A stretch of DNA of 64,000 nucleotides from Candidatus Latescibacterota bacterium (GTDB lineage: Bacteria > Latescibacterota > UBA2968). The stretch spans positions 384,001 through 448,000 of the forward strand of contig OZ244960.1 of NCBI GenBank assembly GCA_965222605.1. The letters run 5' to 3'. A model generated the notes under the pieces. That model was not told where the DNA came from. It made no database searches and saw nothing but the letters and a program-made list of their open reading frames with translations. Below are positions 10,594 to 20,913 of the stretch, piece by piece; position 1 is the first letter of the stretch, and every line of letters begins with the position of its first letter. A program made the translations under genes and the position numbers.

Positions 10594-11331
10594 TCACCTG
10601 CTATATGCCCCGCTGACAAACTTCTCAATCTCATCTCGCCCCCGCGCAATAGCTTCATCGACAAAACGCGCTTTTATATTCTCATCAAAAAACGCATCTG
10701 CCCGCCCCCTGTTCTCAGCAAGATGCTTTTCCACATCATCAGACAGGGGACGACCAATCATCTTGAGAAATATCTGCTCGTGAACAACGGGGTCTGCACT
10801 CTCTGCCCACCCTCGCGTACGCATCACAAATCGAGATACTGTTTCGCGATCAATAAATCCCACCTCCCCACGCCCTACAAACCGATCCAGCACTTCTGCG
10901 ACACCTGGATACACAATGGGCAATTCATCTACATAAGACCACAACCCGTAAATAATGGGCCGCCAGTCTTCAACACCGTGTACATAAATCGTCACCTCAT
11001 CGCGAAACGCTTCATCCGTCGTCAAATGCGCGATATACCCCATCAACAAAACGCGATCTCGCGGGTCCATATTCTGATAATCCGCCAGATCGGGATGCGC
11101 GTCAAACATACCTGAAACGGACTTGCCCCACGTCTCGCGCCGATCCTCCGCATAAAAATGCGACCCATACTTGCCCATCTTCCCCAGCAAACGCATCGCA
11201 TCCGGCGCCATAGAACCCGCCACAAGCTCCGGCAAATACCGCCCAGTTAGAGCACCCACTTCAGGCAAATCGCGCTCGAGCAGTTCCTGCAGCTCGAGCA
11301 CCAACGCAAAATGACACCGCCCACGAGGCAT
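10594..11331 (-). CDS. Zinc-dependent phospholipase C-like family protein
   Basis: N-terminal His, GSMAPD, SHF, GYIAHLTTD motif pattern. Confidence 0.65.
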   Translation of the reverse strand: MPRGRCHFALVLELQELLERDLPEVGALTGRYLPELVAGSMAPDAMRLLGKMGKYGSHFYAEDRRETWGKSVSGMFDAHPDLADYQNMDPRDRVLLMGYIAHLTTDEAFRDEVTIYVHGVEDWRPIIYGLWSYVDELPIVYPGVAEVLDRFVGRGEVGFIDRETVSRFVMRTRGWAESADPVVHEQIFLKMIGRPLSDDVEKHLAENRGRADAFFDENIKARFVDEAIARGRDEIEKFVSGAYSR

Positions 11332-11344
11332 CCATTTTCCTTTC

Positions 11345-11551
11345 TCAACCAGAATCTACTTGTAATCCTGCTCGTATTTCCGTATAGGGCCGAAAGCCCG
11401 TTGCTGTTTCAACCGCATGATCCAGATCTAAAGCGTCTTCTAAATCCTGAAGCCGTTGCATCAAAGCGCAATAATCTTTGATCGATAGCACGACTGCGGT
11501 CTTCCGTCCCTTTTCATTCACGACATATTTCGGTTTGATCTTGAGCATCAT
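11345..11551 (-). CDS. Small Phd/YefM-like antitoxin-type protein
   Basis: YVVNEKGRKTAVVLSIKDY..LMQRLQDLED; start overlaps the vapC stop. Confidence 0.65.
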   Translation of the reverse strand: MMLKIKPKYVVNEKGRKTAVVLSIKDYCALMQRLQDLEDALDLDHAVETATGFRPYTEIRAGLQVDSG

Positions 11552-11970
11552 CGCTCAACCGTTTTGAGCACAGTTATCCCCATCATCGCAAAATGCTCGT
11601 CAAAAGCATAAGTCTCAGAAATGTTATGCTTCTGACAAACCGCAAAGCTGGTGCAATCTGTAAATGATAACTGTACAGAATCGTATTGACGAAAAAGTTT
11701 CTTTGCTTCTTGAAACAGGATCTTATCAATTTCTGCGACAGTTAAAACGCCTGTCTTTTCAACGCTTTCGATCAAGTCGAGAAACTGCACTGCTACCGAA
11801 TGATTCGCTCTATATTTAAGCCATGTTGCGGTCTCATCGATCACATAATCTGTCGTAAAAAGTCGCGCTTTCTGCTGTTTTAAGCCGCTGTAAATTACAA
11901 CAGCGTCGTCATGATATTGATCCCTCTGATTTAAAAGAGCAATCCAGGCACCGCTATCGACAAAAATCAT
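11548..11970 (-). CDS. vapC: PIN-domain VapC-type toxin
   Basis: IFVDSGAWIAL, VIDET, SFTDCTSF, AFDEHF. Confidence 0.9.
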   Translation of the reverse strand: MIFVDSGAWIALLNQRDQYHDDAVVIYSGLKQQKARLFTTDYVIDETATWLKYRANHSVAVQFLDLIESVEKTGVLTVAEIDKILFQEAKKLFRQYDSVQLSFTDCTSFAVCQKHNISETYAFDEHFAMMGITVLKTVER

Positions 11971-12962
11971 TATTTTGAACGCTCTCCATAGATAACTCCA
12001 TCATGATTGATAGATCCATCGGTTCGGTCAGATTTTGCAAATCCAACCATTTCATCGAGAATCGCGTACCCTTCTTCTACTTTATCTTTTTGTTTTTTTG
12101 CAATCTCCGGCATGTAATCCTTCCAAATATCCTTCACATAGTTAAGAAAACCATCTACTGGCTTGCTTTTGCATATCGATGAAAGTTCCTCACCAATTAT
12201 AGTGAAGTACACATATCCAACTCTGAGCTCATTTTTTTCTTTATTGGGCATCTCCAAACGGATTGATTTGCCGTAATAATCCGCAACAACTTGTTTCGGC
12301 AATCCACTCAACGCGAAATCACTGACTAAGAAACCAGGTTTTTGGAATTGAATAAGTCCAATGCTCTCAAGATGACTCAGGGTATTAAAGTTAATATCGT
12401 GTTTATTATATATTTTTGCCTCAACATCGAACATCAATGGGCCAATAGCATCTCCAATCGTCCATTTAAATTTACAAAGTTTAGAGAACAATTCTGCTTC
12501 AGCCTTGTCCATTTCCAAAAGGAAATTGACTGTCCTCTTTGAGTAGGTACCAGGGGCGTTTGCCTCTCCAGCTAAAACACGCGCCCACAGCGTCTGCATC
12601 TCACCATCAGACACCTTCCGAGATTTATCAAAGAAGTTGACGATCCAGTCATCATCCATAGCATCGGGATTTGCGTTTTCGTTCAAATGAGGCACGGCTT
12701 TAGCGGTAATAACCTCCATGTTCTGCTGATCTCGCGCTATTTCTTCAATCCAACGATGCACGGCTCGGTATTTTAAGTCGTTTATCTGAATATCGGATTG
12801 CGCTTTTATTACCGCCGCCGCGGCCTCTGCCTTGGCGAGCCGCTTGATTTGAAAAGGCTCAAAAAAACCACCGATCCCTTTCGATATCTTCTTGATCAGG
12901 ATATCAGCGGGCTTCGACAAGTCGCCCAGATTTAGCAGTGAATTAGAATTACCCTGTGACAT
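11970..12962 (-). CDS. DUF2806-family protein with an antitoxin-like C-terminal tail
   Basis: QQNMEVI, DDDWIVNFFDKSRKVSDGEMQTLWARVLAGE...PGTYSKRT, LESIGLI. Confidence 0.75.
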   Translation of the reverse strand: MSQGNSNSLLNLGDLSKPADILIKKISKGIGGFFEPFQIKRLAKAEAAAAVIKAQSDIQINDLKYRAVHRWIEEIARDQQNMEVITAKAVPHLNENANPDAMDDDWIVNFFDKSRKVSDGEMQTLWARVLAGEANAPGTYSKRTVNFLLEMDKAEAELFSKLCKFKWTIGDAIGPLMFDVEAKIYNKHDINFNTLSHLESIGLIQFQKPGFLVSDFALSGLPKQVVADYYGKSIRLEMPNKEKNELRVGYVYFTIIGEELSSICKSKPVDGFLNYVKDIWKDYMPEIAKKQKDKVEEGYAILDEMVGFAKSDRTDGSINHDGVIYGERSK

Positions 12963-13018
12963 GGTTGAATCTCCTTCTTTCTGCGTACCAGCGCGCGAAA
13001 TGTGGTTTGCAGATGAAC

Positions 13019-16000
13019 CTACCGAAAAACCTCATCAAGACGCCAAACCAATCTAAGTGCATCCGACCAGCCTGTTTTAGCAAAAATATCCAATAGATTC
13101 AGCAGGTCTTCCAAGCCCTGCCCATCGCGCACTTCTTCCCGGTGGTCAGCGAGAATAATCTCAACGAATTTAACGACTTCCGCAACCGCAAGAGAATCGA
13201 GATTATAACCGAACCGTTCACTTGACCTTGCAACACCCGCGGCTAAATGCAAGACCTCTTTGGGGTTACAACTCAGGCAACTCGTTAGGAGTTCCAGGAA
13301 ATCGTGTGCTGTCGGCGCGAACATAACGCCGTTTTCCCCCTCTGCGAAAGCAATGACCTGTTCCATCAGCGGTTTGATTTCATTGTAAAAACGACAGCGC
13401 AACTCGTCCGTAATTTTTTCTGTTGGTTCCTCAGACCGATCCTTTTCGTAAGCAATTTCAAAGGACAGATATGTGATAACTCCATCAATTACTGTGTAAA
13501 TATCGCGTAATTTCTTTTCTTCCTCCTCGGTGTTTTTGAAGGTCTTAGACAATTCCTGAACCCCATTCGAAGCCACATCAATCGCGCGTTCCAAAAATGT
13601 AATGGCTCGTTGTGTCGTTTCGTATCCTTCAGGCATTTCGAGATTTTTAGGTATGACGTAATCTTTCAAGACCCCAGACACAGCACTATTCAGGGAGTTA
13701 GCAAACCGGATAGGGTCTTTAAAAAAGGTATCCTTGATTTTTTTTAATGCCCAAGAATTTTCACGGCTGATAGCCAACCACATCAACAAATCGATAAACG
13801 GATTTGATGGTTCTAACCCTACTATTGGTTGAGGTATGCGCTTCAGTAGCTTTTCCATAATGCGAACAGTCTTATCTTCATTCTCTTTTTTTCTTGCGAC
13901 AACATGAGCCAACGTATGATAGATGTATTTTTGCACGGTTTGACTTGTTTCATGTGCTGCCCTGTGTTCTACAAAATGCCAAAATTTTTCTGGCATTTTG
14001 AAGTAAACTCGGGACAGTTCCATCGCTGTCACCATGCGAACAGAAGGTACAGGATCACTCGCAAGTGACTCAATGGCATCCAATATTTCTGCATCAAGCT
14101 GGCGGATTGAGAGTCTTAGTAATGCCTGTGCGGCCTCATGCCTTGGATATGGCGAGTAAACTGTGAATTCTTGAGCATCACGTTTAGGGTCTGGCTCGGG
14201 CAGTTTATGCTTTGCACCTTTTAGAGCTAATTGACGGCAAAAAGTGAACTGGTTAGTCTCAAGTTTATCAGCAACTCGACTGAGGATTGCTACACAAGCG
14301 GTCAGCTTAAACCAGAGTGAATCCATTACCTCTTTATCGACTTCCGAATTTCCATCTATGGCAGCGTATGCTTCCTGTAATAGCGGTAAAATCGACTCAG
14401 TGGCTTCCTCAGTTGGTGTGTCATTTAGCCAATCCGATTTAAATTTATCGAGAGGTTCGAAAAAGCGTTGTAATTCTTGATTTTCCGGTGTAGTCGTGTC
14501 AACGCCTTGCTCTTGAAGTCTCTTTTCTTCGGTATAAGGTCCTGACCAGGATGTGAAGCTAACTAAAGGCTTGTTTTCGGGTACCTGATCTATTCGTTCC
14601 ATTTCTTCGCGAATTTTCTTGGTATCATTTGTTTGTAGCAGGTCCTTTGGTATGCTTGCTATGAGTCGATTTCTTCGATATTCGAGAAATTTTCGGTCTT
14701 CCTTGTCTGTTGCTTCTTCAGGAAGTGCCAAAATGATATCTTCAATCTGGCGAAGTTGGGTTGGCGTAAACTCAAATGCAGCATTTTCTAAAAACAAACC
14801 AAGCTCGTGAACGACCTCGTTACCTAGCTGTATCGGTTTCGCAATGCAAAGGTCAAACAGGCGTGGCACGAAAACTTTGGGGAACTGATCTGCTGTCTTC
14901 AAAAGACGCCTCCAGAAAAACGCAACCCACACCTCATCCCGGAAAATATCAAGTAATGAATCGAGACGCGAAAGCGAGTCTTGGGACGAAGCCAATGCGG
15001 CGATGAATTTGAACAACTCATCCGCAATTTGAATTGGTTTATCACGGTAACTTGTTTCATCCCATATGTAACTGTTGTCTTGGACAAAGTGCGTGCGGTT
15101 TCCACGAAACTCGAACGTCTGTATCAAATCTTCAAACTTCACACCTTCTTTGAGGTGTCTAGCGATATGCTTTTTAATGATGAAGAAATTCAGACTTTGA
15201 ATCGCTGCTTGTGTTGCGACTAATGGGGCTGATTGCAAAAAATTGGAGAAATGTTTTATCAACCGATATTGACAACTACTATAGTCTTGTTGGCGAGTGC
15301 TTGTTAATGGTAGAATAGGGCCACTACTTAAGCTTGTCCTCTCATCGCTGATCTCGTCGTGGATAAATACTGCGTGATAAACCAAGGCGACAAAATCAGG
15401 ATCATGAATCCAAATTTTGTCAACATGTTCGGTCAACCATGTCAGAAAGGAAATAGGGAAATTGTCTTCCTGCGTTAGTTCGAGAACCTTTTCGAGAAGT
15501 AACCGAGATTCTTCTACATTTGTACCATATGTTTTAGCAATAAGCGGCACAGCCAGAGTACTACCAAGCCGATTATACCAATCATTGCTATTCGCTTCTC
15601 TCTCTTGCCAGACCCATTTGAATAACCTCCGCCCAATCTCTCCACAAGTGTCTATGATAGCTGTGTTCTCGGGATCTGTTGCTCGCTCAAGAATCTCCGA
15701 AGTGAGAGTTGACAAATCTCCAGCAAAGTCGGCGTGCCAGTGTACCGAAACTTGATAAAAAAAACTGATCCAAAGTGCATCACGCTCGATTTGCAGCGCA
15801 CGGAATGATTGCAGAAGCCGCATTATCGCCTCGGTTGCAACATCTTCTCCGTTCTGTAGTTTCTCTAAAAGCGGTGCCAGTTGTCTGATTTTGCGGGCTT
15901 CATTTGCGATAACACTCGTCGGAATCAAGCGTGCAAATAGACGTAAATGCACAGATTGATCGTTTGGCAAAACGTACCAAAAAGCCTTCCAGAAGGTTTC

Positions 16001-17677
16001 TGGATCATCGTACCAGAGACGGGTAAAAAAGTAAGTGAGACTCGGGCGGAGAAAGAGTGGACGCGAAGGATCTTCAAGCACAAATTCTTCAAGTTTTCGA
16101 GGGTCGTCTTCAATGAGCAAGATGCTGATTGCGTAGTCAAAGAGAATGTTATGAGAAAAAGCAATACTTTGTCCGGAAGATACCTTTGCCAAAATTTCAT
16201 CACTCAGGAGATTATCCCAAGCTATCTTCCTCACTAGTCTATCGAGGTGAAGATTATCATACACATCTTCCTGCCTGACGGTCAATGACCGTTCCTCTAT
16301 CATCAAACGTGCGACTTTTGTAAGAAGGAACTCGCGGTCATCCGCATTGTTTACCCCCTCAATCCGTCGTTGCCAAAACAGACCGAGTAACTGGACTTCA
16401 GAAAGAATCTGACTAAAATCAGGAACATCCTGGGAGGTCGTTAGAATCTTTTCCAAAAGCCAAAGATTGAACGGGTTAGCAAGGAGGGACTTGAAATCTT
16501 GAGAGCCAGATTCATAGATGGATTCCAGATGTGGAATCTGGTCAAATGCCTGTCGAATCTCGTCTTCATTCAAGGATGGAATTGTGAAATGTCGGCACAA
16601 AATTCCTTCGGTATGGTATTGGTCTAAATCGTTGTCATAAGGACTGTCAAACAGGTCTAAGAGTTCTTGCAATTTTCTTGCGTCATAGGTTCGTACTGTA
16701 ACCACGACATTCCATTTATCCAGTTCTTGAATTGCACGTTTAATCAAGCGTAGAAAGCGTTTGCGCGTCCGTTCATTTCGAGCGGCATCAAAGGCGTCAA
16801 AAAGTAAGGTTGCACATTCGTCTGAGATAGGAACGGATTTCAGTTTTTCTATCAGATCATCGCTGTCTGGTAATGCGTTCGACAAATCTTCTTGCGTACC
16901 ATCTCCGAGTTGATCAATTGACAAAAAAAGACGAGGTGTTTCGGTAGATTTTAGGCTTTGGCAAAGTTCTCTTAGCAAATATGTTTTTCCAATGCCTGGG
17001 CTACCAATAATGACCCCGTTTCCTTGTGAAACAAAGTTCTTCAAGTCATTGAGTAGCTTCTCGCGATTAATTTTTATCGTTGATTTTTGATCTGTACTTC
17101 CCTCCATATATTGGTTTGCCTTTTTTAGCCAATCTAATGGATCCCAAATTTTGCTTTCTTCATCACCAAAATGTTGCTCAAGTATAGTTTCTATTTTTCG
17201 TAATTTTTTTAAAGAGAATCCCCTGATTTCATGCACTAAGTCTTGATAATCACGTATGTCGTTTTCTTTGTCAAAACAAAATTTGCCGTCTATTATTTCC
17301 TTAAATCCTCGTCCTTGATATGTTTTTTGTTTTTTAGTCAAAATATAGACAATCAGATGGTCGAATCTTTTGTACAGCTCGTGAGCAACAAATTTTTCTA
17401 AAGTATCCTTAATTTTCTGACTGTTAGATTCTGCTGTGATTTGGTACGCTATTCTTCTCTTTTCATCACCTAAGTCTATTGCGGGAAAATTAGAACCTTC
17501 AGATATGTTTAAATTTTTCAAATCTGAATGCCCATAAATTTCTGAAAATAATGGAATTAATACATCCTCAGATATCTGATTAATATCTGTCATCCCCATT
17601 TTGTTTGAGATATTAACCTCAGTCACAAACCTTGACATCAATTTACAGATTCTATTTTTAGATTCTTGCAAGTTCAT
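13019..17677 (-). CDS. SMEK domain + STAND NTPase + long helical C-terminus (AVAST/Avs-like antiphage protein, possibly Avs2 type)
   Basis: N-terminal DINQISED...NLN...NFPAIDLGD...AYQITA...KIKDTLEKF (SMEK-like); Walker A GSPGIGKT; Walker B LLFDAFD; VVVTVR; NPFNL; C-terminal ILADHR...LLDIFAKTGW. Confidence 0.8.
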   Translation of the reverse strand: MNLQESKNRICKLMSRFVTEVNISNKMGMTDINQISEDVLIPLFSEIYGHSDLKNLNISEGSNFPAIDLGDEKRRIAYQITAESNSQKIKDTLEKFVAHELYKRFDHLIVYILTKKQKTYQGRGFKEIIDGKFCFDKENDIRDYQDLVHEIRGFSLKKLRKIETILEQHFGDEESKIWDPLDWLKKANQYMEGSTDQKSTIKINREKLLNDLKNFVSQGNGVIIGSPGIGKTYLLRELCQSLKSTETPRLFLSIDQLGDGTQEDLSNALPDSDDLIEKLKSVPISDECATLLFDAFDAARNERTRKRFLRLIKRAIQELDKWNVVVTVRTYDARKLQELLDLFDSPYDNDLDQYHTEGILCRHFTIPSLNEDEIRQAFDQIPHLESIYESGSQDFKSLLANPFNLWLLEKILTTSQDVPDFSQILSEVQLLGLFWQRRIEGVNNADDREFLLTKVARLMIEERSLTVRQEDVYDNLHLDRLVRKIAWDNLLSDEILAKVSSGQSIAFSHNILFDYAISILLIEDDPRKLEEFVLEDPSRPLFLRPSLTYFFTRLWYDDPETFWKAFWYVLPNDQSVHLRLFARLIPTSVIANEARKIRQLAPLLEKLQNGEDVATEAIMRLLQSFRALQIERDALWISFFYQVSVHWHADFAGDLSTLTSEILERATDPENTAIIDTCGEIGRRLFKWVWQEREANSNDWYNRLGSTLAVPLIAKTYGTNVEESRLLLEKVLELTQEDNFPISFLTWLTEHVDKIWIHDPDFVALVYHAVFIHDEISDERTSLSSGPILPLTSTRQQDYSSCQYRLIKHFSNFLQSAPLVATQAAIQSLNFFIIKKHIARHLKEGVKFEDLIQTFEFRGNRTHFVQDNSYIWDETSYRDKPIQIADELFKFIAALASSQDSLSRLDSLLDIFRDEVWVAFFWRRLLKTADQFPKVFVPRLFDLCIAKPIQLGNEVVHELGLFLENAAFEFTPTQLRQIEDIILALPEEATDKEDRKFLEYRRNRLIASIPKDLLQTNDTKKIREEMERIDQVPENKPLVSFTSWSGPYTEEKRLQEQGVDTTTPENQELQRFFEPLDKFKSDWLNDTPTEEATESILPLLQEAYAAIDGNSEVDKEVMDSLWFKLTACVAILSRVADKLETNQFTFCRQLALKGAKHKLPEPDPKRDAQEFTVYSPYPRHEAAQALLRLSIRQLDAEILDAIESLASDPVPSVRMVTAMELSRVYFKMPEKFWHFVEHRAAHETSQTVQKYIYHTLAHVVARKKENEDKTVRIMEKLLKRIPQPIVGLEPSNPFIDLLMWLAISRENSWALKKIKDTFFKDPIRFANSLNSAVSGVLKDYVIPKNLEMPEGYETTQRAITFLERAIDVASNGVQELSKTFKNTEEEEKKLRDIYTVIDGVITYLSFEIAYEKDRSEEPTEKITDELRCRFYNEIKPLMEQVIAFAEGENGVMFAPTAHDFLELLTSCLSCNPKEVLHLAAGVARSSERFGYNLDSLAVAEVVKFVEIILADHREEVRDGQGLEDLLNLLDIFAKTGWSDALRLVWRLDEVFR

Positions 17678-17724
17678 TGAATTAAACCCCGAAGGATTTC
17701 TATAAAATTAATGTATAACAAATT

Positions 17725-20700
17725 TCATCTGCGAATCCCCAACTCCGGCAAGCCCTCAACAATCTCCACAGTCTCCAAACTCACCGTAATCACCTTCCTA
17801 ATCAGTTTGACGATATATTCCGGATCATCTTCTCGATTCGGATCACTGATGATACCACTTCGTTTGTCCTCTTTGACGCGGTATTGATCAATGATCCATT
17901 CCAACGCCGAGCGATTCCCAAGCCGATAGGCATAAGCTTTCGGTGGAACCCCGTCGAGCGTCAGGAAATCGTTGTACACAATCTGCATCTTGTCTTTGGA
18001 GAACCTCATCTTTTCCACGCGCCAGTTGAGAGGCATATCCGGTGTTTCGATAAACGTGAGCGGATATTCGGGCATGTCCTTATAGCCGATGTGGATTTCC
18101 GATAACCGTTGCCCCGCTTTGGCAAAACTCCAAAAGTCTGGTGTGAGTGGAAGGCGCGGTAATTCCCGCTTGAGGTTGGCTTGATACCGCTCCCGATATT
18201 CTGGGTGATGGAGCAGACCGTAAACATAATGAAAGATGTCCCATTTGGTGATTGCATCATCCTGGTAATGCCTGCGAAATTGTTCCAACGCCCAATCGGT
18301 GATATTCTCACGACGATTTTCCCCGTCCTCATCGTAGGTGTAGAAAGAGAAGCATTGGGTTGCATCAAGAGATGTTAGGGATAGACTGGGAATTATGTCT
18401 GTGCAAAAACACCAATAATCAGTGCGTCCTCCAACGCTTGGAACAATAATCACTAAATTTTCCGATTCTGACTCAGAGGTAGGGAAGATGGACGGAAAAA
18501 CATACACGCGCTCGTTCATCATTCGGTCAAAGTAAAGGTTTGATTTCGTAAATGGACGATAGAGAGATGTTCTTACCTTTTCCTGTGAAAAATCAGTAGT
18601 TTTACCTCTTTGCAAGTTTCGTTTAAGTGTTTCGCTCCACTTGATTTTCGCATCATCCGACATCACAAAATCATCTACATTTTCATCTCGGTTCTCCCGG
18701 TGTTGCCAAATATTAATCTGCTCGTTGTAAGTTTGGATTGTCCGCCTCATATTCTTAGTGAGCACATCTCGGTTAAAGTTGTAAGCCCACGCATCTCGGG
18801 AGGTTGCAATCCCGCGACTGTAAGTCTTAAAAATCACATCATCCACCTCACCTTTTGCCGATTTTGCTTCTCTGGATCCCATAGGGATAAAAGTCTCAAA
18901 TTCAGCGTGGAGTCCTTCTGTGAGCCAAGTGTATCGCTGGTCAGGCGTTATTGTTTTCCATTCGATATTTTGGTAATGTTCCTTTGAATCGAGATAGCGA
19001 TATTTGTCCTCTTTCCGCCAGAACTCATCAACACGGGCGTAAAAGATTTTCGCATGAGTCTCTGGTTGGCTGCTCTTTTTAACGAAAAAATTGATACTAA
19101 CCCCGACCTGTATCCCAAAGACATTGTGTGTTGTCCCTGAGAGCTTTGGGTTCTTGCGAACATTCCCACTCAGATCCAGGATATAAATCGCGTCGAACTC
19201 GTCTGCGAGATGTTTCCGCATCCCATCAAAGGCTATGCCATCGAGAAATCCGTTGTTCGTCACAAAGGCGACAACACCTCCATCTCCTATCCGGTCCGAT
19301 GCCCACCGAATCGCCTTCACATAAGGGTCAGAGAGTGCGTTTTTATTGGTCGCCTTTGAATCTTGTGAATATGTTTCCCTTACCCGCATATCCATCGTCT
19401 TATATTTTCTATTCTTGTTGTTGTCATTCTCATTGACCTGTCCAACGTTATAAGGTGGATTGCCGATAACCACAAACATCGGTGTTTCCTTTTGCCGTTC
19501 CACCCTTTCCGCATTCTTCTCCGTGAACAACACCATCTGCTGTGGCTCTGCCAACTCAAAAGTATCAACCAAGCATATCCCTTCAAATGGCAAATAATGC
19601 TCTGTCGCCTCGTAAAATTCGTGCTCAATATTCATTGATGCGATGTAGTACGGCAGGAGCATCACCTCATTGCAGTGAAGGTTGGACGTGTACTTGTGCT
19701 CAAGCGAGGTTTTGCGAATCTCCCGCATAATTCGTACGATGAAATTGCCAGTGCCAACATAAGGGTCAATAATATGCACACCACCATCAGAAAGAGAACG
19801 GTCAAATTCGGTCTGCAAAATGTGCTCAACGCTTTTCACCATAAAATCGACGATGGGTTGCGGTGTATAGACGATACCGTGTGTATCGGCAACCTTGACT
19901 GAAAAGCCTTGAAAAAACTGCTCATAGACGGTATTGAGAAAATGTTGCTTTTGGGAGAAGTCGTTGATCGTCGCTGCGGTGCGTTCAATCACCACATAAA
20001 AACGATCAAGACTTTGGAGAAAATCATCCCGGCTAAAAGACTGAGATGTGAGGGCGTTGATTACAGTCTCAATTTCGCGGGCAATCACATTTCGGTTGGT
20101 AAAATCGGAATTGCTAAAGACGGTTCGGAAAATCCGCTCGGTCAAAAGATGTTGAATAAGCATCTCCTCAACCGCAGCTTCAGAGAGGTTTGGGTTGATA
20201 GACAATCGACATTTTTCGAGGAAATCTGCAAAGGCGGAAGTAAACCGGCTATTGGTCTCGCGCTCCTTCTGAATTAACGCCGCCAATCCGCTCCCTATCT
20301 CAGGAACTATGTCTTTGAACTGCGCGACTGCCTCTTCCCATTCGGCGTATTCTTGCGGACGGTGGGCAAAGAAAGTTTGGAGCGTCTCAATGAGTTGCTT
20401 TGGATCGGTCAGATCGGCGTTGAGCACTTGACGATCATTCTGCCAGAGGATCGCCCGTTGTGGCGTTTGGAACAGGATGTTGTCACGCGGATAACCCGAC
20501 TCAAACTTATGCTGAACTTCGGTTGGCAGATCATCGTGTATATCCTTTGCCTCCCAATAGCCTTGGGGCAACCGAAAATCGTCAATCAACGCCCCATCAA
20601 CCACAATCCGTTTATTTCGGTTGAGGATCATCGAATGTTCGGGAACGAGCGTCCAATCAAACTGCTTCCCACACGATTCGAGCAGCGATTGAAATGCCGA

Positions 20701-20805
20701 ACGCACGGCGGTTTCATGCGTGACGCCGAGCCGATCAAATTGGCCGAGCGATTCATAGTATGCTTTGACGGGCTTGTGGGTGGGTTTTAGGTTGAGTGTT
20801 GGCAT
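17725..20805 (-). CDS. Single-chain restriction-modification enzyme (REase + N6-adenine MTase + type ISP-like specificity domain; no helicase)
   Basis: VDGAL...YWEAKD, GIVYTP, IDPYVGTGNF, GNPPY, SLYRPFTK, LGNRSALEWIIDQY. Confidence 0.88.
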   Translation of the reverse strand: MPTLNLKPTHKPVKAYYESLGQFDRLGVTHETAVRSAFQSLLESCGKQFDWTLVPEHSMILNRNKRIVVDGALIDDFRLPQGYWEAKDIHDDLPTEVQHKFESGYPRDNILFQTPQRAILWQNDRQVLNADLTDPKQLIETLQTFFAHRPQEYAEWEEAVAQFKDIVPEIGSGLAALIQKERETNSRFTSAFADFLEKCRLSINPNLSEAAVEEMLIQHLLTERIFRTVFSNSDFTNRNVIAREIETVINALTSQSFSRDDFLQSLDRFYVVIERTAATINDFSQKQHFLNTVYEQFFQGFSVKVADTHGIVYTPQPIVDFMVKSVEHILQTEFDRSLSDGGVHIIDPYVGTGNFIVRIMREIRKTSLEHKYTSNLHCNEVMLLPYYIASMNIEHEFYEATEHYLPFEGICLVDTFELAEPQQMVLFTEKNAERVERQKETPMFVVIGNPPYNVGQVNENDNNKNRKYKTMDMRVRETYSQDSKATNKNALSDPYVKAIRWASDRIGDGGVVAFVTNNGFLDGIAFDGMRKHLADEFDAIYILDLSGNVRKNPKLSGTTHNVFGIQVGVSINFFVKKSSQPETHAKIFYARVDEFWRKEDKYRYLDSKEHYQNIEWKTITPDQRYTWLTEGLHAEFETFIPMGSREAKSAKGEVDDVIFKTYSRGIATSRDAWAYNFNRDVLTKNMRRTIQTYNEQINIWQHRENRDENVDDFVMSDDAKIKWSETLKRNLQRGKTTDFSQEKVRTSLYRPFTKSNLYFDRMMNERVYVFPSIFPTSESESENLVIIVPSVGGRTDYWCFCTDIIPSLSLTSLDATQCFSFYTYDEDGENRRENITDWALEQFRRHYQDDAITKWDIFHYVYGLLHHPEYRERYQANLKRELPRLPLTPDFWSFAKAGQRLSEIHIGYKDMPEYPLTFIETPDMPLNWRVEKMRFSKDKMQIVYNDFLTLDGVPPKAYAYRLGNRSALEWIIDQYRVKEDKRSGIISDPNREDDPEYIVKLIRKVITVSLETVEIVEGLPELGIRR

Positions 20806-20862
20806 TTTGCTTTTTATCCGTCGTAGGTTATGCTTATAAAGTTTGATACTCTATGGGGCACA

Positions 20863-20891
20863 TGTATAGTCACAGAAACCATGTTTGTCAA
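20863..20891 (-). promoter_or_regulatory. Sigma-70-type promoter for the R-M/Avs operon
   Basis: TTGACA-17bp-TATACA on the minus strand. Confidence 0.6.
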
Positions 20892-20913
20892 CTCAATCCC
20901 CTTATCTGACTCT

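Noticed and set aside
3605-11115. Long plus-strand ORFs such as 3605-4747 and 10171-11115
   Set aside because: Antisense to well-supported ABC operon genes; no recognisable motifs
17725-20805. Full type ISP enzyme
   Set aside because: No SF2 helicase motifs and the protein is too short; treated as a helicase-less IIG-like relative
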